Shown piece after piece: positions 25,398 to 38,848 of a stretch of DNA of 64,000 nt (its first letter is position 1; each line of letters starts with the position of its first letter). The DNA lies in NCBI RefSeq assembly GCF_006345805.1, contig NC_043019.1, forward strand, positions 22,629,360-22,693,359, in the 5' to 3' direction. Position numbers and translations under genes: made by a program. Source of the stretch: Octopus sinensis (Eukaryota). Below the pieces are notes generated by a model that saw nothing but the letters and a program-made list of their open reading frames with translations, made no database searches and was not told the origin of the DNA.

Positions 25398-25399
<2 letters not shown>

Positions 25400-25740
25400 G
25401 TTAGAAATTTTGCCACAAGGGCAGCAATTTTGGGGTAAGGGAATGAGTCGATAACATTAACCCCACTGTGTTCAATTGGTACTTATTTTATCAACCCCAA
25501 AAGGACGAGAGGCAAAGTCGACCTCAGCGGAATTTGAACTCAGAACATAAAGATGGACGAAATGCCACTAAGCATTTCACCCGGCATGCTAATGATTCTG
25601 CCAGTTCGCCGCCTTAATAATAATAATAGGTTCTCATTTTGGCAGAAAGCCAACAATTTTGGAGGGAAGGAGCGAGTTGATAACATCGCCCCCCCCCCCA
25701 CCAGTCCTTAACTGGTACTTTATTTTATTGACCCCCACAA
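25398..25740 (-). mobile_element. Two SINE family B copies in tandem
   Basis: Full copy 25398-25615 plus partial 25628-25740. Confidence 0.85.
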
Positions 25741-25783
25741 GAGGAAAGAACAGCAAAATGAAACTCCAAATGCACAGCCTTAA

Positions 25784-26004
25784 CCCTTTCGTTACTGTAT
25801 TTTTGTTGAGATGCTCTGTGTTTCTTTCAATTATTTCAAATATAACAAAGAATTTAGTAAAATAACTTAGTTATCATTAAGCTAGTGTTAGGAATGTAAA
25901 TTGTGACTAAGATTTGGTGGAAGATTTTAAATTCAAAACTTATGTAAACAAGACATTTCACCATAGAGCCAGAGCCAGTTTTGGCTGGGTTAGTAACAAA
26001 AGGG
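25784..26004. mobile_element. piggyBac-type MITE, family 2
   Basis: TTAA at 25780-25783 and 26005-26008. TIRs CCCTTTCGTTAC / GTAACAAAAGGG. Confidence 0.88.
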
Positions 26005-26020
26005 TTAAGTAAACAACTAT

Positions 26021-26660
26021 AGGTGCAGGCACAGCTGTGTGGTAAGAAGCTTGCTTCCCAACCACATGGTTCTGAGTTCAGCCCCACTGTGTGGCATCTT
26101 AGGTAAGTGTCTTCTATTATAGCTGTTGTGGAGTGAACTGGCTTGTGACTGTCAGTCAACTGGGCGAGTCTTATAAACTGATGAGCCAGTAGACAGCTGA
26201 GGTTGAACTGCGAGAATGATACTCTCATTACTGATTCTGCATTGAAGTGTTATTGTGCGAACAGTTATAAGATAACCAACTCACTGCATTACTTATTGTT
26301 ATACAGTTATATTTGGTATTGTGATATATTGATACACGCACATCATATATGGTCACTGACAATATACCAATAGCCTTGGGCTGACCAAAGCCCAAGGCCT
26401 TGTAAGTGGATTTAGTAGATGGAAACTGAAAGAGGCTCCTAGTATATAAGTCTGTGTGTGTTTGCGTCTATCCCTCATGACTTCTTGACAACCAGTGTTG
26501 GTGTGTTTACGCTCCTATAACTCAGGGATTCAGCAAAAGAGACCAACAGGTTAAGTACCAGGCTTAAAAAAAAAAAAGTACTAGGATCGATTCATTCAAC
26601 TGAAATTCTTCAAAATGGTGCCCCAGCATGGCTGCAGTCTAATGACTGAAACAAGTAAAA
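26021..26660 (+). mobile_element. SINE family A interrupted by a 246-bp insertion
   Basis: Family A head 26021-26123; body resumes at 26370. Confidence 0.85.
26124..26369. mobile_element. Probable solo LTR
   Basis: TG...CA termini, 5-bp TSD ATAGC (26119-26123 and 26370-26374), internal TATAAA. Terminal inverted repeat is imperfect. Confidence 0.55.
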
Positions 26661-27699
26661 GATTACAAGACATTTTGCCTGATTCCATGATAAATAGTGT
26701 TTCTAATAACAAATGTTTCTATCATTGGCATAAAAAAACACTTTTTTTTTAAGGGAGGGAACAGTTGACCAAAAGGATTCAAGACAAAGTTCATTTTGAC
26801 AGGATTTGAACTCAAAACATAAAGAGGGATACAAGACATTACCACAAGGTATTTTATTAATTGCTGTAACATTAACAACAACAATAACAGTAATAATAAT
26901 GTTTCTAAACTTAAGGCACAAAAGGCCAGCAATTTAGAGGGAGAGGGAGTTGGTTATATTGACCCTACCCCCATTCTTGGCTGTTACTGTCACCCCCCAC
27001 TTCCCAGCAAGATGAAAGTCAGAGTTGACCTTAGTGGGTTTTGAACTCAGGATGCAAAGAATTAGAAAAGATAGTAAAGCCTCAACCTCCCTACCCAACT
27101 GATGCTCTAACAACTCTGCCAATCCATAACCCTAACAACAACAACAACAATAATAATAATAATTATAATGTTTGTAAACATGATGTTTCTAAAGAAACTT
27201 GAAAAGCTTTATGACTGAGAGATGGTGTGGAAAGGGAGGAGGAGAAGTTTAAGGAAAAGAATTGGGGGAGGGGGGAGAAAAGGAGGAGGTGGAGGAAAAG
27301 AAGAAAGAAAACACGAAGCAAGTATTAAAAGATTAAAGCAAAAAAAAAAAAAAAAATTAAATGAAGTTGATTAAATAAAAAAAAATAGATGTGTTTATTG
27401 AGAATGGAAGAATAAAGGACTGATGAGGGTGTATTATTTGATGGTTGGGGGTGGGTGTAGAAAAAGTGGAGAGTGGGGGCGGGGTCTGGTGAAAGAAACC
27501 AAATTGGTAAAGTGGCTCTGGTTGGAAATTACTGGAACAATATAACAAGTCGCTAAGAACGTAATGCTTCATCAGCATCAGTTTGTCAAGGGGAGACAAC
27601 TCCAATAATATAAGAGACATTAATGATAATCCTCTCTATTATAACAGATATGTTTCGGCCAGCATAGGTCTAACTTAATAGCACCATCTGGCTTAATTT

Positions 27700-28510
27700 T
27701 TTTTTTTGTGGGGAGTAGGAGAAACCATTGATTACATTGAATCCAATACTTGTACTAATTTTATCGACCTTGAAGAGATGAAAGGCAAAGTTAACCCCAG
27801 TGGGATTTGAACCCAGAACAAAGATGGATGAAATGCTGCTAAGCAATCTGCCCAGCAATGCTAACAATTCTGTTGGCTCGGCAGTTTAATAATAATAATA
27901 ATAATAATCCTTTCTACTATAGGTACAAGGCCTGAAATTTGGGGGCAGGGGGCTAGGTGATTACTTCAAACCTAGTACTTAATTGGCTTTTATTTCATCA
28001 ACCCCAAAAGGATGAAAGGCAAAGCTGACAATACTTACAGGGTCAATGTAATAACAATAATAATAATAATGATAACTTCAAATTTTGGCACAAAGCCAGC
28101 TGTTTTGGGAGAAGGGGATAAGTCAATTTTATTGGCCCCAATGATCAACTGGGGCTTATTTTATTGACCCTGGACAGTAAAGTTAACCTCGGTGGAATTT
28201 GAACTTAGTACATAAAGACAGAAAAAATGTCACTAAGGGTACTAACAATCCTATTTCTTTACTACCCACAAGGGGCTAAACACAGAGGGGACAAACAAGG
28301 TCAGATAAATGGATTAAGTCGATTACATCGACCCCAGTGCGTAACTGGTACTTATTTAATCGACCCTGAAAGGATGAAAGGCAAAGTCGACCTCGGCGGA
28401 ATTTGAACTGAGAACGTGGCGGCAGACGAAATACGGCTACGCATTTCACCTGGCATGCTAATGATTCCGCCAGCTCGCCGGGTACTAACAATCCTGCCAG
28501 CTTGTCGCCC
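27700..28510 (-). mobile_element. Chain of SINE family B copies
   Basis: At least three older copies separated by (AAT)n. The last is split by a young copy. Confidence 0.8.
28253..28479 (-). mobile_element. SINE family B, young copy nested in an older B copy
   Basis: 16-bp TSD GGGTACTAACAATCCT at 28237-28252 and 28480-28495. Confidence 0.95.
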
Positions 28511-29359
28511 TGGTCAACATAACAACAAAAAAAAAAATAATAATAATAATTAGTATTATTTTTATCATCAAAATAATACAAGCTGTTGTTACAGCAGTGA
28601 AATCAAGAAAATTCCTTCTCTATATAACCAGAAAATACATGCATTCATCTATGTGTGTGTATTTACTTATGCATGTAGTGATTTTTTTTTTATTTGTGTG
28701 TATGCAGTATGACATGCGTTTCTAGATACCAGCAGGCATGTCTGTGTGTGCACCCACAAACACACGCATTCTTTAGATGAGCCCAGATCTTGCCTTACTC
28801 AAAGATGTAAAGGAGTAGCAGAGATATAAAGACATATGAAAGAGACACTGGCTAACATGTACATACACTAACACACACACACAACATAGACTGACATGGA
28901 CACACATGTACACAGAGACACACACTTACGCATATTGCAGCAACAACACAATATGACATCATCATCATCATCATCGAAACAGGTATTGAGAAAAAAAAAG
29001 GGAATATTTAAAAAAAAAAAAACTTTAGGAAACTATGAAAGGATTGCAGAGAATAAAAAAAAGGTTTAAACAAGTAAAACAGAACATCAATAAGATGGGA
29101 GAAGGTGAGGGGGTGGGGGGGACAGAGGACTTAATGAAATCAGTCATGCAAATGCACACAAAGAACTTAATTATCTTTGCACATACTAAACGAGGAAGCT
29201 CATTTGAATTTTCTAATTTCCTACAAGAAAAAAATTTATTCCTCATATCCTCCTCCTCCTCCTCATTTTCATTCACTGTTATAAATGTTTTACTTCATAT
29301 TCCCTTTAATATTTGAAAATCTTATAATGCAAACATGTATACTGTTGGCATCATAGCTT

Positions 29360-29500
29360 CAGGCGTGGCCGTGGGGTAAGAAGTTTGCATCCCAACCACA
29401 TAGTTTCGGGTTCAGTCCCACAGCATAATACTTTGGGCATGTGTCTCCTACTATATATAGCCTTGTGTGTGGATTTGATAGACGGAAACTGAAAGAAGCC
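29360..29500 (+). mobile_element. SINE family A, partial
   Basis: Head and 5' body only. Confidence 0.8.
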
Positions 29501-29677
29501 TTTGGCAGATGAAAATGTTATCATCATCATCATCATTACCATTTCTCCAAAGAGGTTCTGCAACAGATCTTTTGATTTCATACCTCTCACTTCAGTTCAA
29601 ATAGTTTCCTTTGTTTATTTAGTTGGACTTTCATAGACATTCACACACATACGTATATGTGTATATATATATATGTA

Positions 29678-29708
<31 letters not shown>

Positions 29709-31059
29709 GCACACAGTGCACATATATAAAGCATTTTTTGTAATTTTTCTATTGCTTAGTCATGTACAAAGGTGGGGGGGTCAGAGGAGAGGGGTCGGTT
29801 TAATCAACTTAGCCCCTCCCTTCATAATTGCTGCCCTTGTTGCTAGATTATAAGCATAATAATAATAATTATTATTATTATTAGTATTCATTATTACTGT
29901 TCCTCAGTTTTTGATTTGAACCTCACTCATCTGTTGCCATGTCGCCAAGAAAAGAAACCACCAGCGTTATTATAGTTGCTGTTTAGATAAAATAATTTTG
30001 AAATCAGAAATATAAAAAATAATTTGTTACTGTAGTTTTTTTTGGGTTTTTTTTTTGTCTTTATCCACATCCTTCCCCATCGCTTATACTTGACATAAAA
30101 TGAGGTGATAAGGAAATAATATCAAATAACAAGTAAAATAATAATTATCTTTCTACAATTTCATAGAAAAAAAAAACAATACACTTTTCCTTTTCTAGTA
30201 GTAGTAGTAGTAAAGGAATGCTAATGACACAAAAGAGGAGGGATAATGGGGGGAGAGGAGAGGAGGAAAAAGAAGCAGCCACAAATAACAAGAGGAACAA
30301 GCAGAATCTGAAGAAGATGGCGCTAAAGGAGAGGAAATTAGTGTTTTGCTATGACAACGCATAACATTTGACTAAATTCTTCAGTTGGAATAAATATTTG
30401 ACAAGGAAGAAATTTTTTGTCAAAAGAAATCCGGTGTAAGGAAAAAAAAAATTTTTTTTAATCAAATGCAGATGATAATGGAACTGGTGGGGGAGATAAG
30501 CACACATACACATATACGTGGGTATGCATTTTAACGAAGAACAATTTGTAATAATAATAATAATGATAAACACTATGATAAATTTAAATAGAGTATTTTG
30601 TTGTATTGAAGGAAGGAAAACAAGGAGAAAAATACCATTGGGAGGACGAGAAGAAAATATAGGAACGGTAAGAGGTGGTAGAGAGAAAGAGAGTAAGGCA
30701 GAAGGGAGACTAAAAAATTCTTTTTTTTTTACCCCATTGAAGAAATAAAAATAGCAAAGTGTAAGAGATATGGAAAAAGGAATTTAAGAAAGAAGAAACT
30801 TGAGAAGTGTAAGATAACATGAACTGAGAAGATTATTAGAATAAAGTTAAATTTTGAAAAAAAAAAAGTTATTCAGATATATAGTTATTTTTAGGTGTTA
30901 TTTAGTATTTCAAAGAGGAAATAAAAAGAAAGAAAGAAAGCTGCCACAAACGAGAAGACATATAAATGGCACCAAGTTAAATGAGTGGAGATGATGGGAG
31001 AAGAACATGGGATTATGGCATATTAAGAGATTTCTGGAGCTGGACCAACAGGCCAAAAC

Positions 31060-31102
<43 letters not shown>

Positions 31103-31126
31103 TTCTCTTCTGTCACTCTGTGGGTT

Positions 31127-31426
31127 ATGATGATGAGTGTTCCAGTTCATCTGATCAGTGGAAGAGCCTGCTCATGAAATTAGCATGCAAGTGGCTGAGA
31201 GCTCCACAAACACGCTTATCCTTCAAGTAATTCTCAGGGAGATTCAGTGTGACACAAAAATGTGACAAGGTTGGCCCTTTGAATGACAGGTACTATTCAA
31301 TTTTTGCCAGCTGAGTGGACTGGAGAAACGTGAAATAAAGCATCTTGCTCAAGGACATGATGCACTGCCAGGAATTGAACTTATGACCTTATAATCATGA
31401 GCTGAATATCCTTACTACACCACATG
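31127..31426 (-). mobile_element. SINE family E
   Basis: Minus strand has a tRNA-like head (gtggtgtagt...agttcaattcctgg) followed by tgtccttgagcaagatg and a (CAT)n-type tail. Confidence 0.7.
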
Positions 31427-31500
31427 TATTCATATATATATCGCCATGATAGATCGTTAGCCACTACACACATTTTTTCTCTCCTTGTTTTTCCGTGTCC

Positions 31501-31538
31501 CTTTCTGTAGAAGAGCGTAGGCTTGAAACGTAAAAGAC
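31501..31538 (+). ncRNA. Minimal type-I hammerhead-like motif (A6U core variant)
   Basis: Stem I CTTT/AAAG, core CTGTAGA(+A), stem II GAGC/GCTT with GTAG loop, GAAA, palindromic A-CG-T stem III, GUA triplet. Lies in a (TA)n-flanked insert 31441-31630. Confidence 0.55.
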
Positions 31539-32810
31539 TTTTTCTATTCCTGAGCGTTATACTAATACATCTGTTTGTTTTGTACACCACCTGCCTTTGT
31601 CTTTTGTTTTTTCATAAACTCTCCCTATATATATATATATATATATATGAACCTAAGACTACATGGTCTTCACCACACATACACGTGTGTGTATGTTACA
31701 GACTAAACTGTATGCTTTGGAGAGATGAAATTGCTGGACAGATGAATTGTTAGACTGGACATGTTGGAAATATTGTCAGTCAATATAAGCATTTCAACGT
31801 CCATATTAGTGCTGCTGTTTAGCCCGAGGTCAAACTGACCAACAATTAAAAGTATTCCAGTTATATTGTACCTGGGTCTGCATATTCCAAAGTGTTCTTT
31901 CTATCATGGTATAAGTTGAGGGAACTTTGATTGCTATTTCCTGCATTGGCTGGATTCTCAAAATATTGCCAAAGATACAAGTGGCACTAAACAAATAAGA
32001 CATGCCATCTTACAATGGATGGTATAGCTATTTTTGTAAAAAAAAAAAATCTAATTGTGATGTGACCTCTGAATGGAAGATGGGACAGATTCCATGGCCT
32101 TTTACAAGTTCTCCAAGATTGGTGAGATTGATGATGTCTTCTCTTGTATGATTACAAAAACCTGCAGAAAAGACTAAGGAACAAGCCATCACACTTGTGA
32201 GAAAATACAGATTACAGATGGAAACAATTGTAGGAACACTGTAAAATTGATGAGGGCTCCCTCCACACACACACACACAATCTACAATATTGAATCAAAA
32301 TATCTCCTGTGGATAAAGTTAAGAGGAAAGAACTGGTTCTGCTATGTGGATACATTACAATACAGGACAAAGTCACCTATGATAGTCCACATAACCAGGT
32401 AGAGTAAAAAGACTTAGCATTATCTTAAAAGCTCTGTGTGAGTGTGTGTGTGTGTGTTTGTTTAGTGAAGGGTTGAATTAATTTGGATTGATAAAACAAC
32501 AGTTGGTCTTTTAGCCACTCCAGCACAACCATTGATGACATCTCAGCCGATTGTAAGTGAAGGAGTGTGGTCTGGGAAAATACTGCTAGAATTATAAGTA
32601 TCATAAAAGTGTTGGAGGAGAAAGAGAGAGAGGGATGGAGGGAAGGAGGGAGAGAGAAAGAAAGAGAAACAGATAAATAAAGATTTATATATACATATAC
32701 ATACATACATACATATATATATATTTGTTAAAGCAGTGCCTCATCATGGCTGCAGTCTAATGATTGAAACAAGTAAAATATAAGTATATATATATATACT
32801 GAGAGAGAGG

Positions 32811-32849
<39 letters not shown>

Positions 32850-32899
32850 AAAGCTGTTTGTATGATATATACACAAATATATGCATGAGAGATGATAGG

Positions 32900-32939
<40 letters not shown>

Positions 32940-33506
32940 CATACATAACACATAGATATTCACACACACAGAGCTATGATGTGTTTGTATATGCATAGAC
33001 AGACAGAGGAAAATATTCCATTTTAAAATGTAATAGTTTGGTACTGTGATCAAATATTCATTCGAGAACAAAAAAAAAAAGGGGGAAAAAAAAAAACCTG
33101 CCCTAAAACCAAGAACGTTATCAAGAAGGCAGTTCTTGTAAGTAGAAAAACTATTCCAAGACCAAGACTTTCAAAGGTTTATCTTTTCTTTCTTTAGGAA
33201 AAGTGAAAAAAAAGAAAAGATGGAAAGGAAATCATCATCATCATCATCAAGTACCCCAAATTCACCCAACCACCTCTAAACATTCTATAGCCAAACAGAT
33301 AAATAAAAGCCTCGCAAGAGAAACTAGGTTAAGAGTATATTTACTCTTAACCTCAACATAATCAATATCAACAGACAAGGAGTTTATCACCATATTTCCT
33401 TCAAACTGTGTGTGTATAACAGAAGCTTCAGAAGTGAAGAATGCTGAAATACAGCCAAATTAAAGAGGAATTCACTGTTTCTTGTGTCAGAAAACATAGT
33501 AATTAA

Positions 33507-33847
33507 CCCTTTCGTTACAGTATTTCTATTGAAATACACTCTCTTTGTTGCAATTAATTTAGAAAATCATGAAGAATTTACTAAGCTGATGTTTGAAACA
33601 TAAATTAGTATGAAATTTTGATGTATGTTTTTAACTCAGATCAGTTTAACCTTTATTTTATTTTTTTTTTTTTTACATCTCTTTGTTTGAATTAATTTTG
33701 AAAATAAGAATTTAGTAAAATAATTTATTAATCTAGTGTTTGGAAAAGAAACATAATATTTTGAAGGTCTTAATTTAGATCACATTAAAACAAGGAATTT
33801 GTATTGTAGAACCAGTGGCAGTCTCAAATGAGTTGGCATCAAAAGGA
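33507..33847. mobile_element. piggyBac-type MITE family 2, two partial units in tandem
   Basis: TTAA-CCCTTTCGTTAC left end and internal similarity to 25784-26004. A further degenerate copy lies near 11117-11300. Confidence 0.7.
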
Positions 33848-34312
33848 TTAAGTAATTGCCAATCCTCAAGAATTATGTACAGACAAAATTAAAAGAGAAT
33901 CTGTCTTTTGTTATAGTGGTGAGAAAGGTTCTTCAGATGCTGGCCCTCACTGAGGAGATGACAAGGGAGTGAGACTTCTGGTGATTTTTAGTACATGAGA
34001 AGACACATGAAGTTAAGTAAAATCACAGCCATCCATACAGAGGTATGCTCTTTATGGCCACACCCTCATTCCTTCTCCCAGCTGGGAAGTCTTTGCTTGG
34101 CAAGTGCCAATGCCAGTGTCACATCAAATGCACTTGTGCCAGTGGTACCACATATGCTTGTGGCATGTAAAGAGCACCCAGCATTAGGAGGGGCAGCCAG
34201 CCATTGAAACCATGCTAAAACAGACAACAGAATCCTGGACAACCCTCAAGCCGGCCAGTTCCTTTTAAAACCATCCCACCCACACCTGAATGGAAAGCAG
34301 ATGTAAGATGAT

Positions 34313-34590
34313 GAGGCTGTTTAGTAAGAAGTTTGCTTCCCAACCACATGGTTCCAGGTTCAGTCCCATGGTGTGGCACTTTGGGCAAATGTCTTTTACT
34401 ATAGCCTCAAGCTGACCAAAGTCTTGTGAGTTGATTTGGTAGGTGGAAACTGAAAGAAACCTGTCGTATATGTATATATGCATCTTTGTGTCTGTGTTTG
34501 TCCCCCCCCCCCATCACCACTTGACAACTGGTGTTGGTGTGCTTATATCCCTATAACTTAGCTCCCTATAACTTAGCAGTTCAGCAGAGA
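34313..34590 (+). mobile_element. SINE family A (3'-truncated)
   Basis: Family A head and body, ending in a 15-bp tandem duplication tccctataacttagc. Confidence 0.85.
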
Positions 34591-34595
34591 GGCAA

Positions 34596-34975
34596 ATATT
34601 CTGCTCAATACCACAGATTTGCTTGTCAGTTGCTTGACCATAACCAGTTGAGCATGTCCCTTAGTGGCTGACGATATGTGCATCTCTGATCATAAGCAGA
34701 AGTAGTGGGGGAGCATCATAGCCATGTGTTAAGAGGAATTCTTTGGGGTTTGAATAATTCACCTCTAGAAACAACCCTTATTCAGGGACCTTTCGAGCGG
34801 GATGGGTTACTGGACCAGAAGAAAATTCTAACAGGGCCCCACCTGCAAGGTCATGTGCTGCATGTGCCTGGTGTACCCTTATCAGATGGGTAGTCATGAT
34901 GGGTATACTGAGCTTCGTATATTTTACCCCAGTATCACTTTGATGGCATGCACTGCTCTCTCACTCAATAATAAT
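34596..34975 (+). mobile_element. Repeat family G with (AAT)n tail
   Basis: Matches 6793-7135; ends ctctctcactcaataataataa. Confidence 0.7.
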
Positions 34976-34999
34976 AATAATAATGAAAATAATAATAAT

Positions 35000-35190
35000 A
35001 CTTTCTAGCATAAGCACAAGGCCTGAAATTTGGGGGATGGGGGTTAGTTGATTACATCAACCCCCAGTGCGTAACTGGTACTTATTTCATCGAGCCTGGA
35101 AGGATGAACGGCAAAGTTGACCTCGGCAGAATTTGAACTCGGAATGTAAGGATGGACGAAATTCCTTCAAGCATTTTGCCTGGTGTGCTG
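35000..35190 (-). mobile_element. SINE family B
   Basis: Family B motifs. Confidence 0.85.
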
Positions 35191-35615
35191 GAGACTCTCA
35201 ACAACAATGATAGTAATTTCTTTTGGCTATGAACATGAATTCATAGACAAGTGCAGAAATAGATATATTTGATAAATAGATAAGACAAAAACAGACAGAT
35301 AATTATAGACAGAGATTTATGGATGGAGATGAAATTATAGGGTAGATGGGCGATGATGGGAGTTAATAAAGAGAAGACACAGAGATATGAGATAAAAATA
35401 AAGGTATACACACACACACACACACACATATACAGCATGGAAAATGGATGTTAAATGATGGTGATATATGTATACAGTATACTATTATCAAAACTGACAG
35501 ACAGTGAAATAGAACTGTCTTTAAAATTCAACAACAAAGAATTAAACAAATTAAATTTACAAAAAAAAAAACAGAAAAAAAAGGAACAAGTTTAAAGTAG
35601 TACAATCTCAAACGA

Positions 35616-35655
<40 letters not shown>

Positions 35656-35833
35656 TGTGTGTATGTGTGTGTAGCTTCTCCCTGCCCAAAATATAAAACG
35701 GTATAGAAACCTCAACAAGCAGACTGGAAAGACTAATTAGATGGGAAAAAAATAAATAAAAAATAAAAACAATGAACATTAATAAATAACAATTATAGGA
35801 AAATTTCCAATAACATAGTTGTGTGTGCGTGTG

Positions 35834-35868
<35 letters not shown>

Positions 35869-36178
35869 CGTGTGTGTGATTAAGTATGTATTACTATTGC
35901 TCCATTTTGCTTGACTGCAATATTTAAATGTTTGCTTATGCATACATGAATAAATATATTTATATGGAGAGTATACGTGTTGGTTGGTATGTGATATCAG
36001 GAAAAATGAATATTAAAAGTATATTTCCATAACTATATACATACATGTACACATATGCGTATCTCTCATTCACTCACTGTCTCTCTCTCTCTCTCCCTAT
36101 ATATATATATATATGTGTGTGTTTGTGTGTACATATCTGTGTCTCTATATGTATAACATCTCTCTCTCTCTCTCTCTT

Positions 36179-36222
<44 letters not shown>

Positions 36223-38676
36223 TACACACACTCATACAAATACAAATAAAGTTGTAAACATCAACAGAATAATTGCTAAAGCACTTGTACTTCATATTCC
36301 TCCACTTGTCGAACTAAAAGCCAATTTATAGGGGAAGGGGGGAAAGGAGAGGGTTCTAATTTATGTAGACAAAATCGAACATCTTAGAATATTCAGTTAG
36401 GGGTCATGTGATTAACATCACAGATTTGAATTCCCATAAATTTGATTGGCTGATGAAGATGACAGTTAGTTGCACAGGCAGAATAATAATTTAAGACTAA
36501 ATGGATTTGTTTGCTTCTGAAAGAAAAATGAGAGAAGAAAAATTTGAGAGTAAATAACGTAGGTAAGAGAATAAGAAAAGATGGACAAGATTAATAAGCA
36601 TTAGTTGAAATGAGGTTAGGCAATATGTAAGAATGAGATAAACTGTGTTTAGATGGTAGGTAAAATGAGATAAGATAAATATAAATTGTGAAACAAGATG
36701 AGATCAGATGTAATGAGATCAGATATAATATGATACAAGATTATATTGAGTGAGATCAGGTTTAAGATGGATCAAGATGAGAAAAACTGAGATCAATTGA
36801 AAAATGAAGTAGAATGAAATAAACTGAGATCAGATGTAACATGATACGAGATGATATATTAAGTGAGATGAGGTTTAAGATGACAGAAGATGAAATAAAC
36901 TGGAAGACTTGAATGAACTGAGATCAAATTAAGGGTAAGTGAGTATTGACCAGGTAAAAACTAGAGAGGAGAGGAGGCAGCACCTATGGTAGTTTGCATA
37001 GTCTCTGAGATTAGTAAGGAGTAAAAAGGGGAAGAAATTGTGACCCATGGATTACTGCAGTTACTCTCAGCTTGTAATCCTGTTTCAAATGCTTGCAACA
37101 TTAAACTCTGCTAAAGAGCTGCTACTAAGCATGAACGTCACCAATATTATTTTTGCTCAATTGTTACTATTATATGATAGTATCATAGTAACATTGTGAA
37201 TAATATCAAGAAGTATATCATACATACAATAATTATAATTTAACTTTTATAACATTTGTTGGTGCTTGTTATACAAAATGATGAAATAAATACTAATTTT
37301 CAAAAGAAAAATATTTATCACCCTTAAAATAAAATTCAGTAAAACAAAAATTTTCATTTGTGTAACCCCCCTCATAACTACTTTCTCATTTACCCTTCCT
37401 CTGGGGTTCTTTCTCTTTCACTGTGACTATGTGTGCAGTGTTTCATTACTTATTGCCTGCCACCAAGCCTAGTACATGTACTCATCCTGCACTTCTTATT
37501 TTAACGCTATCTGTATCTTTTCTTTTTTGTTTTTTACTTCCCCCCCCCCCATCTCTATACAATGTAAAGTGTGACTAGAAACCAACCAAGCAACCAACCA
37601 ACATTCATCCCAGTTGTCATTATTGAACAGAATTTACTCCCTGTTTACTTGATCTTATTTGAGCAATTTATTAATCTAATGTCAGAAATTATTAAAGATA
37701 CTGTAACCCTCCCTCTTCACAATCAAGATTAAATGAGCTGAGATCAAAAACACAAGATCAGAGTATGTAAATTATAATAATTTCTTGACCAGATGATGAG
37801 CAGTGATAAAAGTTTGATAAAGTTCAAACCCAGGTTGTTGAGCTACAACAGGTTACTAGCTAAGTTCAATCAACATGAGAACAGATTAGATTGAGAGATC
37901 AGATCATCTTGAAACCAGTTAAGACAGAAACAGATGAGATAATTTAAGATTATGTTTGACTACCATGATATGATGTGATTGATTTAAATTGATAAGTTAA
38001 AGTAAATATATGTAAATCCTTGTTCTGTTTTAAGGAAAAGGGAATAATGGAATTTTAAATTGGTAAAATTTATAGCATGGCAATTGGAAATAATTAAAAT
38101 AAAATGGTAAAAGGATTCCCAGATGATGGAAACAATTTCAAATATAGACCTATTAAGAGATGCCAAGAAACGTGAAATTTGTGCAAAATTGCACTAAATG
38201 TGCTGAGAAAGACAGAAAAATTAAGAATACACAAAGGGATACACACACACACATGGAGTGAGCAGAGGAAGCCCCAAAAGAGAAAAATTAAATTTTAAGA
38301 CTAAGTTAATTGAAAGCAATTTGTAAAAATGGGACAAACCACATGTGACACGAGTAATGAGGTTTGAAATATTTTAACTAAATTAACTGAACATAGTCAT
38401 TAAGAGCATTAGAGAAGAGAATAGAGCATCATGGGAAAATACACACACACACATGTATGTATGCATGTAACAACTTATGCACATGAGAGAGATGTAGATA
38501 ATGTGTATATACACACACACACACACACATATATATATGTATACACAATTATGTAGATAACTATGTACATATATATATATAGACAAGAAAGAAACTAGAT
38601 ATACATATGCGTATATGCATGCATACATACATTTATATTTGCGCAGACCTGTGTGTGTGTGTGTATCTGTTCATGC

Positions 38677-38711
<35 letters not shown>

Positions 38712-38740
38712 TATACGTATATATATGTGTGTATATATAA

Positions 38741-38848
38741 CATCATCATCATTTAGCATCCGCTTTCCATGCTAGCATGGGTTATATATATATATATACG
38801 TATGCTAGCATGGAAAACGGACGCTAAACGATGACGACGATGATGATG
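38741..38848. repeat. Inverted pair of family C 3' ends forming a hairpin
   Basis: catcatcatcatttagcatccgctttccatgctagcat ... atgctagcatggaaaacggacgctaaacgatgacgacgatg. Confidence 0.9.

Noticed and set aside
26180-26230. CTGATGAG hammerhead-like core inside the solo LTR
   Set aside because: No GAAA after a stem II and no stem III pairing.
36640-36935. GAGAT-rich degenerate repeat with ~110-bp internal similarity (similar tract near 37730-37960)
   Set aside because: Consistent with decayed simple repeat; no further structure found.
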